A DNA stretch of 64,000 nucleotides, taken from Guillardia theta CCMP2712. Its lineage: Eukaryota > Protista > Cryptophyta. Below, piece by piece: positions 1 to 13,897 of the stretch. Location of the stretch: positions 186,001-250,000 of the forward strand of contig NW_005434631.1 in assembly GCF_000315625.1 (NCBI RefSeq), in the 5' to 3' direction. The notes beneath the pieces were generated by a model that saw only the letters and a list, made by a program, of their open reading frames with translations, had not been told where the DNA came from and ran no database searches. Position 1 is the first letter of the stretch; the number at the start of each line of letters is the position of its first letter. The position numbers were made by a program, and so were the translations under genes.

Positions 1-888
1 TCAGATACGGCGGATCAGGACGAGAGTGCTACCAAGGAAAGACGATCCGCCAGGCGATATTTCCAAGAAGAAGATTCATCGGTGAGCTTCACGCCCATTT
101 ATTCAATCTAAATGCGATTTGTGCTTCTGTATGTGCAATCTTAGATGTCATTGATGTTTTCATAGATAACATGCAGACATTGTGGTGGCATAGGACATTT
201 TGCTCGAGATTGCGTCAATGAGAAGGTAGTGTTGATAAGACATTCTCCTATGTGCTATCGCTTATCATCGTTTTGCGTGTTGATGCCTTGACAGATACCA
301 AAACCTTGTTTCCTTTGCGGCATCAAGGGACACAACGCACGAGATTGTGAAAATCAGCAGTGCTTCAAGGTGTCTTTACTCTCCTTTGCATGGCTCCATC
401 AAGAGTACAGGATCCTTGACTTGCTTACAGTGTCGGAAGCCCGGTCACAGGATCTCGGAATGTCGCTTCCCACCGTACAGGGACGACACCTGTTTCAGGT
501 GAAGTACTTCTCCCAGTCTACAGCGTCTGAGTAGGAGCGAAGGTGCGGGTCGATCCAACATTCACCTTACGACTGTCCCGACGCGATCCGATTTGATGGC
601 ATCATCAAGATGCCGTCGCGGTCCCAGAGAGTGGATCCATTACTCTCCACAGCATGGTCAGGTATCCCGCTGGATACAACAAGATCAGCGCTCTCCTCAC
701 CCTTCGTTCCCCTCGCAGGGATAAGAGGGAACAAAGATTTCTGGGGCATCGTAGGGAAACTACAGAGAAAACTGGGTTGCAAGAACGAGCAGGAGGTCAA
801 ACCAACCAAGATTAATTTGACAAAGGAAGCTGGCATGAAGCGTAAGCGGGACATGGACACTTCCCTGCCGAAATCTGTGCGTGAATGA
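1..888 (+). CDS. Multi-CCHC zinc-knuckle protein, Air1/Air2/ZCCHC7-like (5' partial, multi-exon)
   Basis: Spliced exons 1-81, 166-225, 295-369, 431-498 and 543 onward give RYF followed by CRHCGGIGHFARDC, CFLCGIKGHNARDC, CFKCRKPGHRISEC and CFRCGSIQHSPYDC. RYF before tandem CX2CX4HX4C knuckles is typical of Air1/ZCCHC7. The 3' end is uncertain and may continue to ~1430. Confidence 0.7.
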
Positions 889-2249
889 CAATTGAGCCCT
901 GTGTATGCGCTGATAGAGTTGCCAGAGCGAGGAGGAGGAGGAGGAGGAGGAGGTGGAGGAGGAGGAGGAGGAGGAGGAGGAGGAGGAGGAGTCTGTTCCA
1001 TTCCACCTTCATCAAACCAAGCGGTGAATTTGACTCATGAAACACTGAATGATGTTTGTTTGGTTCTTTTTTGACTCCTCTTTTACTTTTGCAGACGAAG
1101 ATTGGAAGAAGAGGATGTCAGGAAGCCAAGTCCAAAAGCAAAACCGAAACTTGTAGATGCTAATCAATATCACAGGTTGTTATTTCCTTGTCTGAGTGTC
1201 TACTGTAATGTTTTTGGCAGGGGAAAGCTGATGGGAGACCATCACAATACACCATACATGGGGAGACGAGCTCGTCAGAAAGAGCGGAGGATACCTGTTG
1301 GAGGCAAGCTCGCGCTCCTCCTCGCACGTTGGACTGATTCACTTGACAGGAGGGAAGCAACATCACCAACCCGCAGTGCGAGGAAGAGGAAGGTAGATCG
1401 CAGTCAAACAAGGATCATGTGGAACTGATTGCTTCTATTTCTAGGCAAATGAAGCTTCAAGTGAGGCATTCAGAAAATGTCACGTTCAACAAGAAGAAAC
1501 CAAATTTTCACCCTCTACAAAATCATCCTAGAGGCAGAAAGAATGGGAGATTTCACAACACAGGGTGGCGTTGACAGATCTCAGTAAAGCATGACAACAG
1601 TGTTTCGTATTAACTGTTTCTCACTCTCTCAGTCTGTCAATCTCTTACTTTGCTTGTCCTTTCCTGTCCTGCTATCGGGGTTCCTCTACCCATTTTCTAC
1701 CTTCCTCCCGCTGTTTCCCTTCCCACTACCCACCCTCTGTATCACTCCTTCCTTTCATATCACCCCCATTACACATCATCAAATAACCCTACCCCCAATT
1801 ATGACGAAGATGAATAGAGGCTTATACCCCCTAGTCAGCAACCGTGGTTATAGTACCCCACCTCATTGCTGACTACCCTCACCCTGTAGTTTCCCATCCC
1901 CGCTCCTCTTCCCTGGGCTGCTTTCTGATTTCTTCCTCCCTCGGTTCCTTCTCTCCCCTCCCCTCTCTCCCTTCCCCTTCTCCTCCCCCTCTTCTCTCCC
2001 TTCTCTCTCCTCCCTCCCATCTTCTGTCACCCTTCCTTGTCCATCTTCAGCTCCTCCGTCCCTCCTCGCCTTGTCTGTGTTGGCCACTCACCACGTGCTT
2101 GGACCTGCCTTTCATACTCGTCCTCGCCTCTTGTAACATCACATCATACGTTTAGACCGAAATATTCCTCCTTGTAGCCCAAATCTTGAAGATCCTCCTC
2201 CTCCTCCTCCTCCTCCCTCTCCCTTCCCTCAATCTTAGCTTCACCCATC

Positions 2250-4118
2250 ATGGCGCGCCGATCACGGGTGGCATACATTCATGACCCAGAGGTCGGCCTG
2301 TTCTACTATGGCCCCTCTCACCCCATGAAGCCGCACAGGATGCAGGTGGCCCACCAGCTCATCCTCGGGTACGAGCTCCACCACAAGATGAGTTGCTACA
2401 GGCCCCATAAGGCGTCTCCTGCAGAGATGAGGAAATTCCACACGGAGGAATACATCGACTTCCTCCTCAAGATCACACCAGACAACATGCATGAGATGGC
2501 AGACAGGATGAAGCAGCACAACGTGGGGTTCGTGGGGCAGTACGACTGTCCTGTCTTCGATGGTATCTTCCCCTTCTGCCAGATCTTCACGGGATCTTCG
2601 CTGGACGGGGCAGCGAAGCTCATGGATGGGAGCGCAGACATTGCCATCAACTGGTCAGGAGGGCTTCATCATGCGAAGAGCGACGAGGCCTCGGGCTTCT
2701 GCTACATCAACGACATCGTTCTGGCCATCCTGGAGCTGCTCAAGTTCTTCCCTCGCGTCCTTTACATCGATATCGATGTGCATCATGGAGACGGAGTGGA
2801 GGAGGCGTTCATCAACACAGACAGAGTTATGACAGCCTCCTTCCACAAGTACGACGGCAACTTCTTCCCGCAGACTGGTGACGTCACAGACGTCGGGGAA
2901 GGGGCGGGGAAATACTGCTCTGTGAACGTGCCGCTGCACGATGGGATAGATGACAGCAGCTTCGAGCAGATCTTCAAGCCCATCATCCGAGAGATCATTG
3001 GGACCTACGACCCCAAGGCCATCGTCATGCAGTGCGGAGCTGACAGCCTGGCAGGGGACAGGCTGGGAGTGTTCAACCTCTCGGTCCATGCGCATGGCGA
3101 GTGCGTGTCGTTCCTCAAAGGGTTCAACATCCCGATGCTGGTGGTGGGGGGAGGCGGATACATCATCAGAAATGTGGCAAGATGCTGGGCATGGGAGACG
3201 GCGATCTTGACGGACTCGCAAGTCTCCAATGACCTTCCGTGGAATGATTACTGGGCTTACTTCGCGCCCTCCTACCAGCTCCATGCTGATTTACGGTGAG
3301 GGATGGGTGGGCTGGGAGGTTAGAGGGTGAACGCAGCACTAGAGAGATTGGAAGGTGGTGAGGGGAGGAAGTTTCTGTTGTTGGAGTCGTTGTGTTTTGA
3401 CATCTTTGCTTCTTTTTCCTCCTCCCTCTTGTTCTCCTTCGTTTGCTCCCTTCCTCCCCTCCCTCCCTCCCTCCCTCCCTCCCTCCCTCCCTCCCTCCCT
3501 CCCTTCTGTCTTTTCCCTCTGATCAGCGGGAAGGATTGGACGTACTCGGAGAACCAAAACACGCGCGAGTACCTGGAGAACGTGAGGAATACGGTGCTGA
3601 AGAATCTGCGCTGCCTACAAGGAGCTCCTTCTGTGCAGATGCAGCAGCTTCCCCCTGCCCTCTACGTCGACATGGACAGTGAGGATGAGGACGAGCTGAC
3701 TGATGACCAGAAGAGGGTGCGGGACCTCGAGCGGGCGATAGGTGAGATGGAGTTGGGATGGCGAGAGAGGGTGGAGGTGGAAGAGTTAGCAAGGGAGGGA
3801 GGGAGGGAGGGAGGGAGTGGAGATGAAACATGGATAGGCGAATAATGTTTGTGATTGTGCTCGGATGGTGGATAAAGTAGGCAGAAGAAGGATGGAGGAA
3901 GGGCAGGGTGAATGAAGGATCAGGGGGAGGTGAGAGTGTGGAGCAGGAGGGGGGCAGGAGTGGGGGACGAAATTGGTCACTTGTGCTGACGGGGGCGATC
4001 AGAACATCCTGGGGAGTACTTTCCTCCCGAGAAGTTCACGGTGAAGGATGCTGGACACGTTTCTGCGAGGATGGATGGGACAGGTGAGGAAGAGGAGGAT
4101 TTCGTTTCTCCTCCTTGA
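2250..4118 (+). CDS. HDAC3: Class I histone deacetylase (RPD3 family, HDAC3-like); exons 2250-3295, 3527-3741, 4003-4118
   Basis: Motifs [38 protein letters not shown] and GGGGY are present. The extra residue in [10 protein letters not shown] and the [14 protein letters not shown] segment resemble HDAC3. GT-AG introns keep the frame. Confidence 0.88.
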
Positions 4119-4350
4119 GCTGACGAACCTGCAGGGATGAAGAGGGAGAGAGACTGGGAGGCAACAAGTTGACAGACGGGGGGAGGAAGGAATGTGAAGA
4201 GATGAATCAAGTAAAGCAGACAGATGATTTACTGGCGCTGGAAGGTGGCAGGGAATTTCTGTAGATAATGCAGATAAGGGAAGGAGTAGGAGCTGGTGGA
4301 GGAAGGCGGCTGGGGTGGTGGGGGGAAGGGGAGGGGGTTGTTGACGTAGC

Positions 4351-6462
4351 TCATAAGGCAACTCGTTGATAGAGCAGAAGCGTCGGGGCCCTTTTCCCTG
4401 CAAGCATCCTTGATTTCAACAAGGTAGCGAAGAGACGGGGGGTGGGTGGGTGGGAGGAAGTGAGTGACGGAGAAGGAGGGGTAGAAAAAGATAGGAAGAG
4501 GCAGACCAGTCTTCTTGTTGCGTTGATTGATCCACTGAGCGATGAGTCAGAGGAGATGTCCGTATGAGAAGCGGGTTGAAGAGGACAAGAAGAGGGAAGG
4601 AGAGGAAGGAGGCCGAGAAAGAGAAACTTGCCTGATGGAAGTAACAAGACCAAAATTTCTTCAACACACTCGTCATCCTTTCACAGCAAAGACGTTCAGC
4701 CTCTCACCGCATCTTGTTGGCTCGCATGCTCCTTCACAGCCCTCTGCTCCATCATCACTGGGAGCGGAGAGAAGGAGGAATAGGATGGTAGCAGCGATGC
4801 GGCATTGACGAGGATGTGGTGGTGAGTGTAGATGAGGACGAGAAGAGAAAGAGGAGGGAAGAGTGAAGGAGGACAGGCAGGAGCGATCCTTTACCTCCTC
4901 CTCTTCTCCTTCTTCGTGTCCAGGGTAACAAGTGACGCTGACGCATCCTCCCACCTGTTTGTGTCCTCTCAACACTGTGAAACGAAAGAAAAGCGAGAAG
5001 AACAGCACAAATCAGGACAAAGGGTGGTGGTGGTGGTGGTGGTGGTGGTGGTGGTGGTAGTGGTGGTGGCAGTGGTAGTGGGGGTGGTGGTGGCCTACTT
5101 TCAAGGCTCGCTGAGATGACTCGATGGTAGGGATAGTAACTTCGCTCGTCGTAATGATCGACTTATCCCCTCCTGCCCATCTCGTCAGCCCTCCCGCCTC
5201 CCAACCTCCCGCCTCTACCGCTTTCCTTCATTCTCCCTTCATCTACATCTATTCTCTTCACTTCTCCTCCCACCTTCTTACCACACCCTTGAACCTCTAT
5301 CCGCTCCCCCGACTCCCTCTCCAATCACCTGGTAGGTAACCCAAGTTGAAAACCACCAACCTCACACTGTCCTCCTCCTGCGATCTGAGAACATCCAGGT
5401 GGCTCTTCCTCCTCCACTCCACCACCACTGTCACGTCCTCCCCTCCTTCTCCCCTCCCCGAGCAGACCCAGACGTCCTCGCTCCTCTCCTCGATCGACAT
5501 GTCCAGCTCCTCCTTCACCAGCTTCTTCGATCGCTCGAGAGCCACTTGTTGGATGTCACAGGTGACGACTTCTCCTCCTCCTCCTCTAGCGACGCATCGG
5601 ATGAGATGCAGCGTGTCATAGCTGCGAGAGAAACTGATGAGAAGGAGAGGAGGAGAGGAGGAGAAGAATGAGCGCGGCAGAGGACAGGAAGGCAAAGCTA
5701 GAGAAAGAGGCAAGTCGGGAACGGATGCGAGAGGACGGAGAAGGGGGAGGGGGAGGGGGAGGGGGGAAAGGCGAAGGAGGAGGAGGACGAGGAGGAGGAC
5801 GAGGAGGTAGTGGTGGTGGTGGTGGATGCGAGAATTTCCCACCCGTTCCCACAAGTCGCATCGATCACTCTGTCGCCTGCACGGATGATTGACTTCCAGT
5901 ACGTGTGGGCAATGTCGGTATGAGGATGAAGAACAATCTGATGCTCAGGTCAAAGAATTCCTCCACCACAACACGCTCCTGCTCCCGTTGCTCCCGCTAC
6001 TGCTCCCGCTACTGCTCCCGCTACTGCTCCCGCTACTGCTCCCGCTACTGCTCCCGCTACTGCTCCCGCTACTGCTCCTGCTCCCAACTTCTAATGCCCT
6101 TCACTGCATCTCCTCACCCCCATCCGCATAAATTCGATGAAGTTGTTTCGTTCCTCTTTCCTTTCCTTCTCCTTACCGTGTCTGGGATCGGGTGTCCATT
6201 CCACTGCCGCACTGGAGGAAGAGGAGGAGAATTTGCTGGGGAAGAGAGAGATATCTGCGACGTTGAAGAACAACTTCTGTATGGTATGGAGATTAGCCCT
6301 GAATCCTCCCTCTGCCCCCCCTTCCCCCCACCCTTCGCAGCTCCCTCCTCTCGGTCCTCCTCCTACCTCGCAGTCCTCAATACTCGGCTCCAATTTCTCC
6401 TCTCTGGGGCGCAAACACTCCTTCCCTGTCTCGCCAGGAGGGCTGGAAGTTTGCGAGAGCAT
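4351..6462 (-). CDS. Putative rRNA methylase (YtqB-like SAM-dependent methyltransferase), multi-exon
   Basis: Exons encode AHTYWKSIIRAGDRVIDATCGNG (~5850-5925), CDIQQVAL, VFNLGYLPG-GDKSIIT, CYPGHEEGEEE and FHQ/WINQRN..APTLLLYQR. The start is uncertain (6462 or up to ~6907). Confidence 0.8.
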
Positions 6463-6647
6463 GCGAAACTGACAGCAAGATTAGCATCATGCTTAACTTT
6501 CTCTGAACAGGTGAGAGCATAGAAGACATCTCACCCCAATGATTCTTCACACACGGCAATTCCCACAGCGTAGAAAGCTGGACACATCGGACGATCAGAT
6601 TGTATCCCAACGAACTGATATGCCGAGGCATTTTGTCTCCCCCCCGG

Positions 6648-6842
<195 letters not shown>

Positions 6843-7592
6843 CCATCGCTGCCGCCATCTACTCTCCCTTGTATACCTGCCATGGCCGCTAGGTGCTTGG
6901 CCGCCATTCCTTGTTTTAACTAAACGTTTACTCAATATTCTTTGAGTAATTTATTTCGGTTACATAATAATTCCATTGGTACTTTCAAAATAACTTCAAA
7001 TTTGAAAAATGCTTGGAAAAATTGGGAAATACAGAGAGAGCACTTCTGAACTCAAAAAGAACAATCTCCCTTGCTGCTGGTGGGGTGTAATTGACGACCA
7101 CCCACAGAGCAACTTTGAGTACCCCTACTTTAAACTAAAATTTATCTTATTTGGAAAGGTAGGGTAATCGAATTTAGGGGTACGGAGGAACATGAAGCAT
7201 TGTAGGTGACAGGGGGTGGTAGGGTATTTCCGGGCGAAAATGGCACCAAGGAAACGAACAGTAGGATTGAAAGGAGGAGAAGGAACGAGAGAAGGAGTCA
7301 CGAGATGGAGAGCATGTGGTGAACAAATGCAACAGAGATTGTGCCAGAAAAGGACTGAGAGCTCATAGAGAAGTAGCTGGGCGCAGATGCGTGTGCATGT
7401 AATGTAAGAAAGCACAAGACGTAGAGAAATTGCATGTGAATGGAGCACAAAGTTTGCAGCAGCATCTAACAGCATGCACAGGTGCTGGAATATTGTGAGC
7501 TCGCCTGTGCCAACAAGTCCCGCATCTCCCAATATTTCGTTCTTCTCCATGGTTAGAAGTTCAGTTCGTCATATCAGCATAGACTTGAACAC

Positions 7593-9879
7593 TTGAAGCT
7601 CCCCTGCAAGGAAAGTCCAGCTTCACCAATGGCTGTCAAGGACAGCTGCAGCTGTGTCCATCGTAAGGCTCGCACCCCCCTTGACAAGATCTCGCTGGAT
7701 GATGAGGAACGGAAGGTCTCGCTGGATAAAGGCAGTGCTCAAGCAGTCAAGCAGGGAGTGCTCGTGAAGCAGGGCAATAGGTGGCGGAAGGTATGGAACG
7801 AGCGATATGTCATCCTCGACCACAAATCTCTGCGATACTACGCGTCAGGAGCGCAGGACGGTGCGCCTCGAGGAAAGATCCACCTCGGGCCAAGGACGAC
7901 TGTGTGCAAGCTCGACGGCGGCAAGGCTCCGAGGATCAGAGGAGCAGGGTTGGACTGGAAGGGAGTGCAGGTGGGGCACGGCATGCCCTTCTGCTTTCAG
8001 ATCACAACAGATTTGAACGAGAGCTTCCTGTTTCAGGCCCTGTCGGACAATGACAGGAACAACTGGATCCAGGCGATTCAACAGTGTTTGGATGGCTTGG
8101 CCGTCAATGGGGTTGAGCGAGAGACAGCAAAGGGCAAGAAGAGAAAGGAAGAGTTCGACAGCCTACCTTGTAAGATCGTCCTTGGGGATGACGACGATAT
8201 CATCTCAGGAGGCTTCTTGTCCGAGGGGTTGGAGAAACAGATCAAAAGCGCCCTGCAGAAGAAATCAGACGTGCTCAACAAGTCAGACCCAGCTGCCAAG
8301 AACAAGGGCAGATCGCAAGGGAAGGCCGAGGAGATTGTGGATGAGCGGAGAGAGCCGCCGACCACCATCGACGACAGAGGACTCGGTTCGGTAGGAGGGC
8401 TCCCTGGCAAGGCGAGGAACTTCACTCTCTGTGGGATCCGGTCAGGTTGCATGTCAAAGGAAGGCGGGTCGTCCAGCTGGTTTCCCCTCTGCGATCGAAA
8501 TCCTCCGACCACCTACGAGAGCAGCAGCCCTCAGAACTCTTCGCCTGAAGCTCATCCGGTCTGTCCTCCTGCTGACGTTGCCAGCAGTGACCCTCCCCAC
8601 CCGCAGGATGCTTTCCCTCTTAGCCCGAGGAGCGCAGGGGATAGGAAGCAGGATGCAGAGGCTACCAGGCAGTACCAGGTAGGTGGCCTGAGAGATGTTT
8701 CTGCTCTTGTGTGAGAGACTCGCACAGGTTGGAACCACCGACGTGCAAAGGAAGACAAAAGCGATTTTATCTAAGAACGTCCCGAAACCTCAGTTTACCA
8801 AGAAGTCGAAAGAGTCGAAGGAACGCAAGGCAGATATGGAGAACTCCTCGCCCATCTTGAAGGTCCTCGACAACCATGGCAACAGAAAGGTGTCGCCAAC
8901 TGTCTTCCCTCTAAGTTCTCACCCACCTGCTAGATCGCCGAAGCAATCTACGAGTTCAAGGGGGAGGAGACTGACGAGATCGACCTGGAGATCGGTAAAG
9001 TTGCTGAACACGATGACATGAAGCTTAACCCTGGTATGTCAGGCGACAAAGTTGCCATCATCGAAGAGTTCGACGATGGTTGGTGTCAGGTCCGTACTCT
9101 ATCACTGACTGCTCCTATCTCCCTACCTCTCCACTGTCTGTCCCCTTTCCCCTACCTCAATTCTCCCTCTTCCTGCCTTCCCTCCCGGCTCACTGTCATT
9201 TCCCCTACACAGATCCAACTGCTCGGTCCGGGTGCCAAGAGAGCGAAGGAGCTCGATGCCATGATGAAGGTCCTGTTCAGGAGCATGTCTAACACCCGTC
9301 CTCACGCGTGGGCAGGAGGGGAAACACGAGGAGATCGCGGGGTGGAGGAAGAAAGGGATTGTGCCGAGAAGCTACTTGCAGATCATCAACCCTGACATGC
9401 CCAACGAGCCGCACGCGGGGCATGAGGTGAGGCCACCGGGTGCTCTGCAACCTCGTCGCAGGCTAACCTCCTCCCCTCCAGAATGAATCCGCACAGAACG
9501 TCTCTGCGTCAGTGTTGAGTGACAGCAAGACGGAGGAGCATGTGAGCTCTTCTAGGTAGTTGGACTTGGCGTGCAAATGTCTCTCCTCCTTACGATCTGC
9601 AGCGGTGCGGAATCTCCCAAGGAAGACCGTCATGGTGATCTCCCGCCTACAATTCTTCGGCGCCATGACGAGACAAAGGTAATTCGTGCATGCGACCTTG
9701 ACGATGTTGTGGCATGATCATAATGAAAGGAGGCGACAACACCGAATGACAGTGTCGTGAAGAACAACCCTCAGACGAACGGAACGAAGTCGATAGTGTT
9801 TGATGTACAGGACGAAGAGGAGACATCTGGATGCTGTGTGAGGTGCTTCTCTTTCAAGAAGCCGAAGAATGTTTTGTGA
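7593..9879 (+). CDS. PH-domain + SH3-domain protein, multi-exon
   Basis: PH domain: KQGVLVKQGNRWRKVWNERYVIL...FCFQITT...DRNNWIQAIQ. SH3 is split over exons ~8934-9390: AEAIYEFKGEETDEIDLEIGDKVAIIEEFDDGWC...KGIVPRSYLQII. Both termini are approximate. Confidence 0.8.
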
Positions 9880-10677
9880 GAAATGTACATGACAACAAGT
9901 GAGGAGAGGAATGAACAGACTATTCTTTGCTGTCCTCCCTCCTCACTACTTCCTCCTCCTCCTCCTCCTCCTCCTCCTCCTCCTCCTCCTCCTCCTCCTC
10001 CCTCCCATTCTCTCAGCTCTGCGCTCGACCAGCCTCAATTTTTCATGCCCTCACCCACCCCTTCTAACCCACTGATAATGGAGGGGGTGGGTCATGGACC
10101 CTCATGAACTAAAAGGACGGGGTGGGTCCTTTAGAACTCTGACGACTGAGGGGGTGGGGAGAATTTGTGTCGGTGGGGTAGATCGTTGACACGGGTGGGT
10201 CATTATGATATGAGGTAGGGGTGGTACATAATTTTTGTGCACCCATAGTTTTGACTGAAAACAGACCCCATCCATGAGGGATTTGCCTCACCCCCTCATC
10301 AACAGGGGGGTCCGACTGCTGGAAATAGGGTGGGGTGAAGGTGGGTGTGTGGTGGCTTGCCGAGGTAGTGAAAAATGCGATAAGCGATGCGCTGAAATAG
10401 GAGAGGAGGGAAGGGGAGGGAGGGGAGCAGGGGAGGGAGAGGAGGAGAGGATAGGAGAGGAGAGGATGTGAGAAGAGGACAGAAGAGTGAAGGAGAATGA
10501 GAGCCAGGCAAACAAGCAGAAGCGAAATGCAGCAGGGAGAAAACGCCGGAGCAAGTATTTGAAAAATCAGAAGAGGAGCATGAGTGGCGAAAGGAAAGAT
10601 CAAGACACAGAAGGGCGAGAGAAGAGGATGAATGAAAAAGAGAGACAGAAGAGACGAGGAGAAGTTGGTAGCAGAGC

Positions 10678-11601
10678 ATGTTCATTCGAGAAGAGCACCA
10701 CAAGAATCTTGAACTGGGGACGCATGTTGTGAAGGAAATGTGATTAGACGCAAGGAGATCGGAACGACGGGGTTGAAGGAGGGAATGATATAAAACCTCA
10801 AGTTACTTCACTCGAACGACAACGCACCAGGGCACGCATGCTATGCAACAATCCGATGCCTTCGATAGATTGCATTGGAACAAATGCACCCCCCAGTATG
10901 AATTCATACAACCTGACCCAACGCTACTGCTACTTTCATGGTTTGAATGGTTTCCCGTTTTGATTGCCACTGGTGTGCAGGATGAGAAGAAGAGGATTTG
11001 GAGGAGGTGGTGGTGGTGGTGGAGGAGGAAGCTTTCGCAACCGAGGAGGAGGTATGCAATCCCCACCCCCACTCCAACCCCCTCCAGCCCATCCACACCC
11101 CTCGCGGTTGGCTTCTCATCGAGCGTAGGTGGAGGACGGGACCAATCTGTGAGCTCGCTGATAGACTTCATGTCCTCCATCGGGTCGATGTCGATGCAGG
11201 TGCGCGCCCGTCCCTGCACGTGACTCAGGTGGAGTCGTGCTAAAGATCTGCAGGTCGACAGCGACGATCTCAAGTCGGCCCTTCAGAGAGCTGGGCACCT
11301 GCTGAAGCAGTTCATCCAGGACGACTCGCAGGCGAGCATTCTGATCCACAACGGCGCGAAAGGATTGTCGGTGTGGTTGGAGGCGCCTTCCGACGCGGAC
11401 ATCAAGAACAGTTTCTCCTTCATCAAGAAAGATGGAGCCCGTCCTGACCCTTCGAAGTGATCCTCCTCCTCCTCCTCCTCCTCCNNNNNNNNNNNNNNNN
11501 NNNNNNNNNNNNNNNNNNNNNNNNNNNNNNNNNNNNNNNNNNNNNNNNNNNNNNNNNNNNNNNNNNNNNNNNNNNNNNNNNNNNCTACCTCCTCCTCGTC
11601 G

Positions 11602-11646
<45 letters not shown>

Positions 11647-13847
11647 CTTTCCTCGTAAGCCCCCCGCTTCACCCAACTCCTGTCTTAGCCTGCACCAACC
11701 CCTCCTCCCCTGCCAGCTTTCCTGTCACTCTCTCCCCTCGCTTCGACTGCATGGCACTGATTTTCACGTTCAGATTTTGGGGGCTATCGCTGTCGTCCAT
11801 GTCTGGAGTGCCGCAGGGCATGAAAGTTCTCACTGAAGAAGAAACTGAAAACTCCCTCAAGGTCAAATATAAGATCCCGACTCCTCACCTCTCCTCTGCT
11901 CCCCTCTGCTCCCCTCTCCTCGTTTCTCCTCCTGTCCTTTCATTGCTAAAATGTGCATGGTTAACAGGAGGCAGTAGTTGCTCCGTCTGTTGCTCCCCCT
12001 CCTTCCCCCTCCGTCGCCCTCCATCGCTCGAGCTCAGAAAATTTTGGCGAAGCCTGGGGATCATCCGCGCCGCCGCCTCCGACTATCCACAGATCTGTGT
12101 CAGAGCCCGTGTTCAACGAGGTTCTCCCTCCTTATCCTCCTCCCTCTCTCCCGCTCTCGCTCTCGTTTCCTCTCCCCTCTCCTCCTCCCTTCTTCCTCTC
12201 TATCCCCTTTCTCTTCCCCTGTACCTCCATGTTCCCTTTCCTGTTCTTGCTTACTCTCTCCCTTCCTCCCTTGTCCCGTTTCAAGGCTTCCGCTACCCCC
12301 CACCCCCCCCGCATCCTCTGCTACTCCTGGGCATCATCCTCACGTGGTCTCCAGGAGCCGCGAGCGAAGGAGAAGCCGCAGGAAGTCAAGCGAGAGAAGC
12401 CGGCGAGGCCCGAGTTCGAGGGCACGTGGGCAGGTAGGCAGGGCCCTGGCCTCTTAGCGCATCTGACGGTCTGGCATGACAGACGAGTCGGACGATGACG
12501 GTCATTTTCTCGCAAAGCTCCCGGAGCTGCCGGAGATCAGCAAGCGAGAGGCTTCTGCTGAGGACGAGCAAAGGATGGGAGGGGAGCAGGCAAGCAGGAC
12601 AAGCCAACAGGACAGGGGAGAAGCAGCAGATGAGGCGGACGAGGGCAGGCAAGGCAATCGAGATCGCAGGAGGAGAGACACACGCAAGGTGAGGAAGGAA
12701 GACGAGGAGAAGGAGGAGGAGGAGGAGGAGGAAAAGAAACGAGACAGAAACGGTGGATGCAGAACTTGAGTTGTGATGTTTGCCTGGCAGAGGAACGACG
12801 AGCAGCCAATGCGCGAGAGGAACGATTTTCAACCCAACGAGTCTCGCGGTTCGCATGCTCCTGGCCAGTGCCCTCCATGACGTGGCGTGCAGGAAGGGGA
12901 GGAGCAGACCGCGCGAGACGTCCACCACCAGCGAGGAGAGAGCAGAGCGACTACTCGAGCAAAGAGTCCGAGACAAGACCGATGCACACGGGAGGATCGT
13001 GGCAGGCGATGAGAGCAGCGGGAAGGTTCACGTCTCCAATTCCCACTCTGTCTCCTTCCCATTCCTACTTCCCTCCCCTTCATGCTTCCCTTCCTCTTCT
13101 CCACTTCTCTTGCTCCCTCCCCTGTCGCCCTCCTCCTTCCGTCCTATTCCTCGTTCCTCACCTTCTCCGCTCATCCCCTTGTCAGGTACATCCCCCCTGC
13201 CAGGCAGAACTACTACGAGGACCCTCGAGTCGCATCGCATGCAGAGAGGAACGGGCAGGACGGAAACGGGCTGAGGGTCACGGCGACCTCAGACGGCAGC
13301 AGACGCGTCATCTCCTCTCAAGCTAACCAGGGGAGGCAGAACCGCACGAGAGGTAAAGATCCGCCCTTTCCTCCCCTCCCGCCTTGACTCCTATCCCCGA
13401 GTTCTTATTTTCCCCGTCGCCAACCTCCTCTCCCTCACCTTCCCCGTCTCCTCCCTCTCGCTCTCCTCTTCCTCCATCTCTCCTCTCCTGATCTCTTGCT
13501 TACTCACTCGCGCCTGCCAGACGACGAAGGATTTACCGTGCGAGTCGACGAGAACGGAAGCCGGAGGGTCGGGGGAAGAGGCCGAGGGCGGGGGCGGGGG
13601 CGCCAGAGTTATGGAGGAGGAAATTTTAGAGGGGAGGGAGAGGAGAGAGAATGACAACAGTCTGAGCCTAGACAGGAGAATAAACAACTTTCACAAGAAT
13701 AATCTCTGCTGTACAACGAATATCGAAACAATGACGACGACGATGACGACGACGTCAACAATCCCAACATGTCTGACTCACCAAGTTGGCTCCGGCCGGA
13801 GCATCTCACAGCTAATATACAACGAGGTCGCCCCCCTCTACCATTGA
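10678..13847 (+). CDS. Uncharacterised multi-exon protein (spans an assembly gap)
   Basis: Splice-consistent exons such as VEDGTNL/WSRAKDLQVDSDDLKSALQRAGHLLKQF (intron 11149-11228), FWGLSLSSMSGVPQG and DESDDDGHFLAKLPELPEI. No domain recognised; boundaries approximate. Confidence 0.45.
11485..11584. other. Assembly gap (100 N)
   Basis: N run flanked by (CCT)n and (CAT)n microsatellites. Confidence 1.
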
Positions 13848-13897
13848 GCTACCTCGTACTCCTTCTATCTTCTCCCTCTTGTTTGCTGTTGTGAGCC

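Noticed and set aside
166-580. CCHC knuckles read as retrotransposon Gag
   Set aside because: They are interrupted by several spliceosomal introns, preceded by an RYF motif, and no pol gene follows, so this is a host gene.
2862-2882. HDAC FFPQTG instead of the usual FFPGTG
   Set aside because: A single substitution with all catalytic and Zn-binding residues intact is not enough to claim altered function.
2655-3284. Long antisense ORFs over HDAC, GT61, CFAP206 and the phosphatase
   Set aside because: Shadow ORFs caused by GC-rich codon bias on the coding strand.
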